A DNA stretch of 64,000 nucleotides, from positions 1,047 through 65,046 of the forward strand of contig CAYNFH010000002.1 of NCBI GenBank assembly GCA_964396385.1. Direction: 5' to 3'. A program made the translations under genes and the position numbers. Source of the DNA: an uncultured Chthonomonadaceae bacterium (GTDB lineage Bacteria; Armatimonadota; Chthonomonadetes; Chthonomonadales; CAJBBX01). Within the stretch, counting starts at the first letter, position 1. Every line of letters starts with the position of its first letter. Positions 1-11,694 of the stretch are shown one piece after another. The notes under the pieces were generated by a model. That model worked only from the letters and a program-made list of their open reading frames with translations, was not told where the DNA came from and searched no databases.

Positions 1-1405
1 GGCCGAACGATTCCACCTCCGCGTCCCGGAGCGGGAGCTCGTGCGCGGCGCACTTGAGGTGGCCGACCACGATGTGCGGGTTGTCCGGGTCCACCACCGC
101 CTGCTCCGGATTCTGGGAGAACAGATAGGCGGAGTGGGCCATGAGGTACTGGTCGATGGGCGAGTTCTGCGCGACGAGCACCACCAGCGCCTCCTCCTTG
201 CCTCGGCCGGCGCGCCCCGCCTGCTGCCAGAGGCTCGCGATGGTGCCGGGGTAGCCGACGAGGATGCAGGCGTCCAGGCTGCCGATGTCGATGCCCAGCT
301 CCAGGGCGTTGGTGCTGGCGACGCCGAGCAGCTCTTTGCCGGCCAGCCGCCGCTCTATCTCCCGGCGCTCCTCCGGCAGGTAGCCGCCCCGGTAGGCGTG
401 GACGGAATCGGCCAGCTTACGGGAGACGGGCTGGAGCAGCTCCCGGCTGTTTCGGAAGAGCATCTCCGCGGCGAGCCGCGTCCGGACGAAGCCGATGGTC
501 TGCACACCCTCCCGGACCAGCGAGGTCATGAGCTGCGCCGCCTCCCGGGCCGCGCTCTTCCGGTCCCCGCCCACGCGCCAGGCGGGCGCGCTGCCCCGGG
601 CGGCGTCCTCCAGCTGCGGCGGGTTCCAGAGCACGAACCGCTTGGGCCCGCGCGGCGAGCCATCGTTGGTGACGACGGTCATGGAGCGGCCGGTGACCCG
701 CTCCGCGTGCTCGCCGGGATTGGCGATGGTGGCCGAGCAGCAGATGAACTGCGGCGACGCGCTGTAGTGGCGGCAGATCCGGTCCAGCCGGCGCAGGACA
801 TTGGCCAGGTGGGAGCCAAAGACGCCTCGGTAGGCGTGGATCTCGTCGACGACCACGTACCGCAGGTGCGAGAAGACGCGGTTCCAGCGGGCGTGCTGCG
901 GGAGGATGCCCTGGTGCAGCATGTCCGGATTGGTGAGCAGGATGCTTGCGCCGTCCCGCAGCTTGCGGCGCAGGTTCTGGGGCGTATCGCCATCGTAGGC
1001 GCCGCTTAGGAAGCGGAGGCCGTCGTCCGGCCGGTCGAACCGGGCGAGGCCGCGGAGCTGGTCCTGAGCGAGGGCCTTGGTGGGATAGAGGTAGAGGGCG
1101 GTGGCAAGCGGATTCTCGATCAGGGTCTCGACAGCCGGGATGTTGTAGCAGAGGGTCTTGCCGCTGGCGGTGCCGGTGACGATCACCACGTCGCGGCCGG
1201 CGCGGACCTCCGCGATGGCTTCCGCCTGGTGCGCGTAGAGCCTATCGATGCCGCTCCAGAGGAGGGCGCTCTCCACGAGCGGGTGCAGGCCACCCGGCAC
1301 GTCGGCATAGACGGCCTCACGCTGTGGCAGGACCTCGACATGGGCCACCTGGCCGCCGTATCCTCGCCGCGACTGAATCCGCTCCAGAAAAGCTCCCGCG
1401 TTCAC
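1..1405 (-). CDS. DEAD/DEAH-box helicase, YprA/MrfA-like (DUF1998 family) paralog; N-terminal ~468 codons only, 3' end lies outside the window
   Basis: Absent from the ORF track because it runs off the window edge. My minus-strand translation from GTG 1405 (GAGGAG 9 nt upstream) stays open to position 1. It reads YAHQAEAI, VTGTASGKTLCY (motif I), VVVDEIHAYRG (motif II), CCSATIANP (motif III) and YRGGYLPEERREIE, colinear with the 3579-6650 helicase. Confidence 0.85.
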   Translation of the reverse strand, partial: MNAGAFLERIQSRRGYGGQVAHVEVLPQREAVYADVPGGLHPLVESALLWSGIDRLYAHQAEAIAEVRAGRDVVIVTGTASGKTLCYNIPAVETLIENPLATALYLYPTKALAQDQLRGLARFDRPDDGLRFLSGAYDGDTPQNLRRKLRDGASILLTNPDMLHQGILPQHARWNRVFSHLRYVVVDEIHAYRGVFGSHLANVLRRLDRICRHYSASPQFICCSATIANPGEHAERVTGRSMTVVTNDGSPRGPKRFVLWNPPQLEDAARGSAPAWRVGGDRKSAAREAAQLMTSLVREGVQTIGFVRTRLAAEMLFRNSRELLQPVSRKLADSVHAYRGGYLPEERREIERRLAGKELLGVASTNALELGIDIGSLDACILVGYPGTIASLWQQAGRAGRGKEEALVVLVAQNSPIDQYLMAHSAYLFSQNPEQAVVDPDNPHIVVGHLKCAAHELPLRDAEVESFG

Positions 1406-1558
1406 GTTCCAATTCTCCTCGTCCGCCGCTCGGGCTGACGCAGTATTAGTCCCGCAATTGCCGTAACCCTGCCGGGCACAGGTAACTGTTCGAGCTGTGC
1501 CGCTGGGGTATGCTCCTGGCAATCGCTTGACGGTAACCCACCCAGAGAGGAGCACAGC

Positions 1559-1930
1559 ATGGAGCTCGGCGCGTTCTCGATCAGCCTGGCAGTAAAGGAT
1601 ATTGAGGCATCCAGGAGTTTCTACGAGAAGTTCGGTTTCCGCGAGTACGCAGGCGACGCCGCGCAGAACTGGCTGATCATGAAGAACGGCGACCACGTTA
1701 TCGGGCTGTTCCAGGGGATGTTCGAGAAGAATATATTGACCTTCAACCCAGGCTGGGACCAGAACGCCCAGAAGCTGGACAGTTTTAGCGACGTCCGAGA
1801 CCTGCAGCGCCAACTGAAGGCGCAGGGGGTGACGTTGGCGCCAGAGGCGGACGAAAGCACGACGGGCCCCGCGCACTTCATGGCGGTTGACCCGGACGGG
1901 AACCCGATTCTGGTCGATCAGCACGTTTGA
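1559..1930 (+). CDS. VOC (glyoxalase/bleomycin-resistance/dioxygenase) family protein
   Basis: 123 aa with GAGGAG-type SD before the ATG. Typical VOC strings are [22 protein letters not shown] and [15 protein letters not shown]. Confidence 0.85.
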   Translation: MELGAFSISLAVKDIEASRSFYEKFGFREYAGDAAQNWLIMKNGDHVIGLFQGMFEKNILTFNPGWDQNAQKLDSFSDVRDLQRQLKAQGVTLAPEADESTTGPAHFMAVDPDGNPILVDQHV

Positions 1931-2053
1931 GGAGTTAGGAGCCCTCACCCCATCCCCCGATATACCGGAAGGCCGTGCGCGCTGGAGGCCCTCACCCCGG
2001 CCTTCGGCCACCCCTCTCCCAAGAACAGGAGAGGGGGAGAAGGGGAAAGGCCG

Positions 2054-2270
2054 GAGTCTAGAGTCGCGAGTCGAGAGAACGGATTCCTCAGGAGGGCCGG
2101 TGGGTATGCACCCTGTAATCTTCGCGTGAGATCGTTGTCGCAAATCTGGCGCGGCGGCGCCACATTGCGGGCGGAGTCGAGAGTCGAGAGAGCGGATTCA
2201 GGAGGAGGGGCGGCGTGAGACATTGTCTCAATTTGGCGCTGCGACGCCAGATTCGAGTCCTCCGCCTCGG
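2054..2270. repeat. Two tandem ~100-118 bp composite units: GAGTCGA heptamer array, CGGATTC core, then a short hairpin
   Basis: Unit 1 starts gagtctagagtcgcgagtcgagagaacggattcc and unit 2 starts gagtcgagagtcgagagagcggattc. Both continue through ...gtgaga...gtc.caa.t.tggcgc...gcgcca.att.cg. Confidence 0.7.
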
Positions 2271-2299
2271 GCGCGGGCTGAACCGGCACTTCTCCCGCC

Positions 2300-2321
2300 A
2301 TTTGACACGCGCGTGTCAAAT
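2300..2321. repeat. Perfect 22-bp palindrome ATTTGACACGCGCGTGTCAAAT (operator-like or hairpin)
   Basis: Read directly; the reverse complement is identical. It lies in a ~1 kb region with no convincing CDS. Confidence 0.9.
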
Positions 2322-2457
2322 CAGCCTCCTGGGAATGTGGCGCCGGCTCCGTGTGGCCGGCGGCTGAAGCCGCGCCAACAGGTAAAGAGAGTCCGCCTGC
2401 GCGGACGCGGGATGTAGTGGCGGCACGTACCTTGCGCATGGCGGTGAGCTGTGCGGT

Positions 2458-2652
2458 CTACTGGTCCGGGGGGATGCTGCCGCTTTCGGCCTGTTTGAGC
2501 CAGAGGAAGCGCTGCTCCTGGGGAATGAGGCTGCGGCCGCCTTGCTGCCATTGCTCAAGGGACTCGGTCCAGGAGGAGGGGTCCGGTAGCAGGAGGACGG
2601 TGGAGACTTCCAGATCCTCCCGGTGGGTCTGCGGGGACGTGTTCTTGTGCAT
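2458..2652 (-). CDS. Hypothetical small protein (64 aa), weak call
   Basis: The internal ATG of the 2458-2715 ORF is preceded by GAAGGAAAG. The stretch is locally lower in GC and the sequence is non-repetitive (MHKNTSPQTHREDLEVSTVLLLPDPSSWTESLEQW...). No family recognised. Confidence 0.3.
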   Translation of the reverse strand: MHKNTSPQTHREDLEVSTVLLLPDPSSWTESLEQWQQGGRSLIPQEQRFLWLKQAESGSIPPDQ

Positions 2653-2956
2653 GAGTTTCTTTCCTTCATCCGGAATCTCCCAGGCTCCGGATACAGGGGC
2701 GTTTCTTGCAGCCATGTGTGGGGTGGGCCTCTCGGGCGAGCCTCCGCCGCCCGGTGCAGTAGAAACGATGTGGCAGCTTGGCAGGCCGGGCGTCGCCTCA
2801 CCCTGCCGACCCTCCCCACGCCCCTCCCGCAGATTCCGGAACGCAGCCGCGCGGCGCGGCTGCCTGGTTTCCCGCTGTACTAGCTTCGGACGGTCATGGC
2901 ATCCGTGGTCACCCAGGAACTCGGGGCTAAGTCGGCGGCAACACGAAGGGCAAGAT

Positions 2957-3205
2957 ATGGCTTATAGGGCGAATGTGCATCGGGCAGAAGAGGGCGGCTA
3001 CTGGGCGGAAGTTCCCGAGCTTCCAGGCCTGGTCACGGAAGCGGACAGCCTGAATGCGCTGATGGACAACCTGAACGACGCCATTCAGGGTTGGTTGGAA
3101 GCAGATGCCAAGCAGAATCCTGGACGACAAGTCCCTGAGTCAGCCGCCTCAACGCCAGCTAGAGTGGGACCTTCGAGTTCGTCGCGTGAAGTCCGTTTCA
3201 CGTAG
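2957..3205 (+). CDS. hicB: HicB-family antitoxin-like protein (UPF0150 fold)
   Basis: Only the last 82 codons of the 2351-3205 ORF look real. MAYRANVHRAEEGGYWAEVPELPGLVTEADSLNALMDNLNDAIQGWLE is a classic HicB N-domain, and GAAGGG lies 6 nt before ATG 2957. Confidence 0.7.
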   Translation: MAYRANVHRAEEGGYWAEVPELPGLVTEADSLNALMDNLNDAIQGWLEADAKQNPGRQVPESAASTPARVGPSSSSREVRFT

Positions 3206-3213
3206 CGCCATCG

Positions 3214-3441
3214 TTATCGTAGAGCGGCAGCAGAATCTCGTATCGCGCGAAGCGCATCGTCGGGATCGTCCTCGCGTATCAGATCGTACTTCACGCCCAG
3301 CTCATCGAGTAGTGAGAGTGCCGGTTCGGGCACGATGAACTGGTTGCCCCGCAGGGATACGACCCGTCCCCGCTTGGTCACTTCTAGGATCCCGCGGGAG
3401 CGTTGCTCTTTATCATCAATGCGTATCCGAAAGTGCTTCAT
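3214..3441 (-). CDS. Hypothetical small protein (75 aa)
   Basis: The internal ATG at 3441 is preceded by AAGGAG at 8 nt. Sequence is MKHFRIRIDDKEQRSRGILEVTKRGRVVSLRGNQFIVPEPALSLLDELGVKYDLI; no family recognised. Confidence 0.5.
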   Translation of the reverse strand: MKHFRIRIDDKEQRSRGILEVTKRGRVVSLRGNQFIVPEPALSLLDELGVKYDLIREDDPDDALRAIRDSAAALR

Positions 3442-3578
3442 GGTCCATCGCTCCTTTGGACCCTTTGTAACACGGTGCGGTTGCTCAGGCAAAGGGCCTC
3501 TCAGTCCATGAGGGGGTCTGGGAGTAGGCACTACCTACGAGGATTCCACCGCACCTCTCTTGCAGGGTCGCGGGCGGG

Positions 3579-6650
<3,072 letters not shown>

Positions 6651-6734
6651 TCGATGAGTCCTCGGTTCCGGAGTCCGCGGAGGCGGACTTCGCGTACTTC
6701 ATAGTCCACGGCTTCAGTCGCAGGGTACGGACCG

Positions 6735-7685
6735 TCACCGCTTTCCGCCGGGGACCTTCACGAACAGCTCGGCCAGAGTGAGCAGGTCCAGGGCGTTGTG
6801 GTGAAGGATGCGGGCCATCTGGGTGGCGTCCCCGGTGCGGACGAAGGCGTGGTACGCCTCCGGCACCGCGTGTCCGGGGATGTCGTCATTGCGGAAGCGG
6901 CGGCAGATCCAGCGCTCCAGCGTCTGGAGCCGGTGGTCCGGCACCTGGCCGCGCCAGGCGCGGCGGCAGACGTGCAGCAGGTCCATGTGGGGCAGGTCGC
7001 AGCGGAACGGGACGCCGGTGGCGGCGGCGCGCGTGCGCAGGTAGGGCAGGTCGAACGTCTTGCCGTTGTAGGAGATGAGCAGCCTCCTCCCGGCGGCGAT
7101 GGCGGCGAACAGCGCGGTGACGCAGGCTTCCTCCGCGTAGGTGCGGGCGAGGTACTGGCGGAGCGCGAGGCCCTCTTCCTCCAGATAGAGCAGGCCCACC
7201 AGGAAGACCGGCGCGTTGCTCAGGCCGGCAGTCTCCAGGTCCAGGAAGAGCAGGTCTTGCGGGCGGACGGTCTCGTCGTTGCAGAGGTCGCGGGCGCGGA
7301 TCATGGCGGGCGACTCGCAGGCCTCGCACCGTGCGCGAAAGGCGCGGCAGACCTCGGCCCCTTCCCGACCCATGTCGGCAGCGGTCCGGGCGACCAGGAA
7401 GGCGCGGCCCCATCCGGCAAGCTCCACCTCCACGCCGCTCACGGCCTGCTCCAGCGCGACGGGAGTGGCCGAAGGGGCGGCGGGGTGTTTCGCGGGCCCG
7501 GCCGCGCGGGGCAGGCCGCGCTCGTAGACCACGGGCGGGGCGGGGGCGACCGGCCTAGCGGGCGGGCGCTGGCCGAGCTTGCGCTTGAGGTCGCGGACTG
7601 CGGATTCGGTCTCGTCTGGGACATGCTCCAGCGGCCGGCCATTCAGCTCGGCGAGTCGTTTGAGGTAGTCGCGATCGGTAGGCAT
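6735..7685 (-). CDS. RNase H-like fold exonuclease, YprB/MrfB-like, with ~130-aa N-terminal extension
   Basis: DEDD-type strings LLFLDLETAGL, ISYNGKTFDLPYL, HMDLLHV and HHNALDLLTL. It lies immediately upstream of the helicase on the same strand. Confidence 0.75.
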   Translation of the reverse strand: MPTDRDYLKRLAELNGRPLEHVPDETESAVRDLKRKLGQRPPARPVAPAPPVVYERGLPRAAGPAKHPAAPSATPVALEQAVSGVEVELAGWGRAFLVARTAADMGREGAEVCRAFRARCEACESPAMIRARDLCNDETVRPQDLLFLDLETAGLSNAPVFLVGLLYLEEEGLALRQYLARTYAEEACVTALFAAIAAGRRLLISYNGKTFDLPYLRTRAAATGVPFRCDLPHMDLLHVCRRAWRGQVPDHRLQTLERWICRRFRNDDIPGHAVPEAYHAFVRTGDATQMARILHHNALDLLTLAELFVKVPGGKR

Positions 7686-7786
7686 CCTAAGCAGCGGTAC
7701 CGGAACAGGTGTCTAGCAGTTGGAGTAGGATTCCGCGACGGGCGGGCATTATCCTCCGAGGTGCCTCCTGATGCATTCTGGCACAT

Positions 7787-7824
7787 AGAAAAGGGCCGGG
7801 CTCCTCTTGAGAGAGGCCCGGCCC
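7787..7824 (-). terminator. Rho-independent terminator downstream of the GlsB-family gene
   Basis: Minus strand reads GGGCCGGGCCTCTCTCAAGAGGAGCCCGGCCC followed by TTTTCT. Confidence 0.7.
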
Positions 7825-7859
7825 GTACCGCGCTGCGTCGGCGCAGTGGCCATGCGCGG

Positions 7860-8123
7860 TTACGTGGTCGTTGTGCGGGTGCCGGTGATGGCGCGCAGGA
7901 TGAACAGCAGGATCACGGCGCCAACGAAGGCCACGATGGTGCTGCCGATCCAGCCGCCGTAGCTGTGCCCTAGTATGGCCTGAAACACGAAACCGCCGAT
8001 CAGGGCGCCGACGATTCCCACGATGAGGTCTCCGAGAACTCCTCCCGGCCCCTCACCCGGGACGACCATCTTGGCCAGCCAGCCGGCGATGATCCCAACT
8101 ATGATCCAGAAGATGATAGTCAA
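7860..8123 (-). CDS. GlsB/YeaQ/YmgE family stress-response membrane protein (transglycosylase-associated)
   Basis: 87 aa; IIVGIIAGWLAKMVVPGEGPGGVLGDLIVGIVGALIGGF is diagnostic for this family. Confidence 0.9.
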   Translation of the reverse strand: MTIIFWIIVGIIAGWLAKMVVPGEGPGGVLGDLIVGIVGALIGGFVFQAILGHSYGGWIGSTIVAFVGAVILLFILRAITGTRTTTT

Positions 8124-8248
8124 CTATTGTCACTCCTTTCATACTGGTGAAGGACTGACGCTAAAGGGCAGACAATTGTTCCTCTGCCAGGTCTCGCGTT
8201 TAGCGCCGCCACCCCTCGGTTCGATAGCGAGATAGGAGCAAATTCGCC

Positions 8249-9943
8249 ATGTCCAGACGGGGCGCAAAGAGAACACCGGGGCAGACGGCGACCGCCTCCA
8301 CGCCGGAGGGCGAGCTCCAGCGGCACCTGCGGGAGCTAGGGCTGGAGAGCGCGGAGATCTACCGAGCGTGGTGCGCGGCCCACGGATTCCGGCCGGGACT
8401 CCAGAAGACGTGGCAGGAGCGGCGAGCGGAGGTCCGGACGGCACAGCGGTTGGCGCAGGAGGCGGCCGAGCGGCGGGAGCTGGAGAAGCACGCCGCGGAC
8501 CTTGGGTTCGCGGACCTGGACGCCTACTCCGCATGGCGCCGGGAGCGCGGCTTTCCGGCGTCGATGCGACTCACGCCGGAGCAGCGGCGGCGCGAGCGGG
8601 AGACGCTGGAGCGGGAGCGGGCCCGGAGCGCCATGGCCGGCGCCCGGCAGAGGGCCCGGCGACCGGACGACGTGCTGCGGGCCATCGCGGCGGACACGAT
8701 AGCCGCGGAGGAGCTGCGTACTCCCGCGCTTCAGAAGGCGCATGCCGTCTTCGCCGGCATCCAGGATACCGGCGTGCGCGATTCTCTTCTGCGCCTGCTG
8801 CTCCACGCCCGAGCCCACACGGAGCTTCTGTCCCCCTCCCCCGTCATCCCCCACTTCGGGCCGCAGCCGGGGAATACGTTCATCGAGGCGCTTGCCGGAC
8901 TGGCGGCATGGCACGGATGCTGGCTGCGCGAGCCGGAGGAGTGGCGGCCGGATTCCCGCAGCTCACGACGGCAGTTTGCGGGACTGGCGCGGCACCTGCT
9001 AGCGCGGTACTTCGTGCCGTCCTTCATGGACGAACCCTGGTTCATTGCGCCAGGTCCCGAGGCCGCGCGGAGGCAGGGCTGGTTCATCCACGTGGGCGTC
9101 GGCCAGAACATCCGGAAGGCGGACATCCCGCTTCACCTGACCAAGATGATGGCCCACCATTTCCTGCTGGCGCCAAAGGACGTGACGCTGGTGGGGGCGC
9201 TGCGCTGGGGCCAGCTCCTGGCGCTAGGCGGGGACGGGTACCTTGCGCGTGCGGTCGCAGCGACCCGGCTGGGAGAGCTGCAGGAGGACGAGCCGTTCTG
9301 GGAGTCGTTCCTCCACTTCCTGGTAAACAACCCCATGCTGGACCGCGCCTGCATCGGCCCGATGGCGGACTTTATCCACCACCGCCGGTTCGAGCGGGTA
9401 GAGGCGGTAGAGGACGGTCAGGCCGTGCTGCTGGAGCCGCCGGAGCCCGGCTTCAGCATGAAGGGCCGCACCGTACCGGCGCTGTGGAAGCGCGTGGAGG
9501 AGTGGCACCGTGAGCTGGCCCGGCTGGACAGGCGGCAACCCCAGGAGTGGCCGCCCTCCGGTATCGGCGGCTTGGAACTCACCGAGCGGGATGAAGAGAC
9601 CGGGAAGCGGGTGCGGTGGCACGTGATGGAGCTGCTAACGCACCGGGAGCTGGTGGAGGAGGGCCGCGACATGCACCATTGCGTCGCCTCCTACTCCCGC
9701 TCCTGCGCTCGCGGGGCTACCAGTATCTGGTCCATCCGGCTGGAGGACCGGGAGGGATACTTCCGGCGCGTGATGACGGTGGAGGTCCACAACGGCCGCC
9801 GCTCCATCGTGCAGGCGCGCGGCGTGTGCAACAAGTCCCCCAACGGCCGGCGGGCCAGCACGCGGTTGCAGGAATCGCCGCGGATTCTGCGGATGTGGGC
9901 CGCGCAGGAGCGGCTGACGGTGCCGGGGCACCTGTTTCCATGA
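8249..9943 (+). CDS. PcfJ-like domain protein with N-terminal duplicated ~35-aa motif
   Basis: C-terminal EEGRDMHHCVASYSRSCARGATSIWSIR...VEVHNGRRSIVQARG matches my recollection of the PcfJ-like core. The N-terminal repeats are LGLESAEIYRAWCAAHGF and LGFADLDAYSAWRRERGF. Confidence 0.6.
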   Translation: MSRRGAKRTPGQTATASTPEGELQRHLRELGLESAEIYRAWCAAHGFRPGLQKTWQERRAEVRTAQRLAQEAAERRELEKHAADLGFADLDAYSAWRRERGFPASMRLTPEQRRRERETLERERARSAMAGARQRARRPDDVLRAIAADTIAAEELRTPALQKAHAVFAGIQDTGVRDSLLRLLLHARAHTELLSPSPVIPHFGPQPGNTFIEALAGLAAWHGCWLREPEEWRPDSRSSRRQFAGLARHLLARYFVPSFMDEPWFIAPGPEAARRQGWFIHVGVGQNIRKADIPLHLTKMMAHHFLLAPKDVTLVGALRWGQLLALGGDGYLARAVAATRLGELQEDEPFWESFLHFLVNNPMLDRACIGPMADFIHHRRFERVEAVEDGQAVLLEPPEPGFSMKGRTVPALWKRVEEWHRELARLDRRQPQEWPPSGIGGLELTERDEETGKRVRWHVMELLTHRELVEEGRDMHHCVASYSRSCARGATSIWSIRLEDREGYFRRVMTVEVHNGRRSIVQARGVCNKSPNGRRASTRLQESPRILRMWAAQERLTVPGHLFP

Positions 9944-10046
9944 GGAACGGTTGAAACGGTGCTATGCCCGCCACAGAGGCGGGCCGGGACGGCGCCCGAT
10001 TGACGGGAGCGGTTTCGCACCGGAGCAGAGCGGGCCGGAAGTCGCA

Positions 10047-10967
10047 CTATCGAATCCTATCTGCGTATGGTTTTTCGTGGGCGAGGAGGCGTTTGCGACG
10101 GCTGATGGCGACGTGGTCCGGGTACTTGCCGGCGTCGTGGTCCAGGCCGGTGTCCCGATCCAGGAAGAGCGGGAAGTCCGTGGCGGGCGGCTTGGTGTGG
10201 TCGTAGGCGTAGCTGTAGGATCGCATGATGATCCGCTGCTCCCGGTTGAGGGTCTGGAGCCACTCCGGGTCGTTCTGCAGCCGGTCCGCCGCCACGATCC
10301 AGGAGGGACAGTAGGCCAGGAAGATGTTCTTGCGGACCGTGTCCGTCTCGTTGGGCTCCACGCGGTGCCAGACGTTGCAGTTCATGAGGGTGATGGTGCC
10401 GCGCGGAACGCAGAGGACCATCTCGTCCGGCACGCTCTCGTGGGTGTCGTAGTAGGGGAAGTACTGCTCCCGCTGGGAGCGCGGGCGCATGACGATGTTG
10501 CCCATGCGCGGGTGCGGCAGATCCGTAAGCCAGTAGCCTATCTTGATCTGGCACGGCAGGTCCGGCGAGAATACCTGGTACGGCACGGCCCGTGCGCCAT
10601 CCGGGTGCCACTTGTTGTAGTCGCCGCCGCGAGGCCGCACGAAGAACTGGGAGAGGTGGAGCTTCAGGAGCTCGCCATAGAAGTCGTAGACGTAGCCGAC
10701 GTGGCGAGGATGGTCGATCAGCTCGGCGAAGACGGGGTCCAGCTCCACGATGTTCTCGCGAGCGTAGAAGCGCGACGGGTCGAAATGCTCGTCCTTGTGG
10801 ATGTGGCGGTCGATGGCATCTATGTAGCGAGCGATCTCGTCGTCCGTGAGGCGGTCCGGGAGGATGAGGTAGCCCTCGCGCTCGAAGAACTCGCGCTGCT
10901 CCGGGGTGAAGCCCGGTGGTGCGAGGCGGTATGTAGACTCGGTTGGGTCCTTTAACGTGGTTGTCAT
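10047..10967 (-). CDS. Phytanoyl-CoA dioxygenase (PhyH) family Fe(II)/2-oxoglutarate oxygenase
   Basis: FFEREGYLILPDRLTDDEI, WHPDG and NVWHRVEPNETDTVRKNIFLAY. Confidence 0.85.
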   Translation of the reverse strand: MTTTLKDPTESTYRLAPPGFTPEQREFFEREGYLILPDRLTDDEIARYIDAIDRHIHKDEHFDPSRFYARENIVELDPVFAELIDHPRHVGYVYDFYGELLKLHLSQFFVRPRGGDYNKWHPDGARAVPYQVFSPDLPCQIKIGYWLTDLPHPRMGNIVMRPRSQREQYFPYYDTHESVPDEMVLCVPRGTITLMNCNVWHRVEPNETDTVRKNIFLAYCPSWIVAADRLQNDPEWLQTLNREQRIIMRSYSYAYDHTKPPATDFPLFLDRDTGLDHDAGKYPDHVAISRRKRLLAHEKPYADRIR

Positions 10968-11007
10968 TGATTGTGCCTATTCAGATCTGAATCGCGGCAA
11001 GGTAAGG

Positions 11008-11097
11008 TGTCATTCTGAACCAAGTGAGGGATCTGCTTTTCTCCGGCAGAGTACGCTCCGTTACCGTAAAGCAGATTCCTCGCGGAGCTCGGGATGA
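11008..11097. repeat. REP/MITE-like palindromic element (GTCATTC...GGGATGAC termini)
   Basis: Left arm gtcattctgaaccaagtgagggatctgc and right arm gcagattcctcgcggagctcgggatgac are inverted repeats. The flank gatgacaggttggtgcg is shared with the copy near 4115. Confidence 0.75.
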
Positions 11098-11151
11098 CAG
11101 GTTGGTGCGCTCAAGGGTCCCTTCCTACAACTAGGCGCTTGTGCCGTCGGA

Positions 11152-11600
11152 TCACTCGGGAAGGCGGTTGCTGTAGTTCTCCCCTACCCGCATGCGAGTG
11201 GCGGCACCGTCCGGGCCGAGCTCGAACTCCACGAAGTCGCCATCCTCCACGAAGGGGCCGGTGGCGCGGGTGCGGAACCGGCGCGGGCCGATGGGCTCCA
11301 GCGTGACCTGCGTGGCGGCGGGTCCGCGAAGCCGAAGCCGCGGCACCAGATCAGCTCCTGGTCGTAGATGACGCCGAGGGTCATTCCCGGCAGGCCGGCG
11401 TAGGCCATGCGGCTCTCCACCCACGCCTCCAGGATCCGAATGCCGGCCTGGACCTCCGGACGCGCAGTGATGTCGCTGCCTATGGCTGCGGTTGTCTGTG
11501 CCAAGGGATGCTCACCTCCACCCGCACGTTCGGCTTTGTGGGGCCGCGCTCCTCCCCGGCAGGGCTGAGCGTACCTAGGCCCACCCACCGAGCGTCCCAC
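11152..11600 (-). pseudogene. Remnant of a beta-lactamase-family serine hydrolase with a large internal deletion and frame change
   Basis: One frame gives the N-terminal AGLPGMTLGVIYDQELIWCRGFGFAD. At about 11330 it switches frame directly into the C-terminal LEPIGPRRFRTRATGPFVEDGDFVEFELGPDGAATRMRV. The SxxK catalytic region is missing. Confidence 0.6.
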
Positions 11601-11694
11601 CCATTGCTCCGCTCCTCGCCCTCCCTGGGAGCGAGGGGCGCCACAACTCGGGTAGCGTTGGGCTGGCAGGGGCTTTGCAGCCGAGGGCAGAACG

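Noticed and set aside
41-1009. 322-aa plus-strand ORF at the left edge
   Set aside because: It is antisense to the clearly helicase-like minus-strand frame. Its Arg/Ala/Gly/Val-rich composition is typical of GC-rich shadow ORFs.
2351-2956. 5' two-thirds of the 284-aa ORF 2351-3205
   Set aside because: Only the last 82 codons (from ATG 2957, with an RBS) look like a protein (HicB). The upstream part is GC-rich filler crossing repeats.
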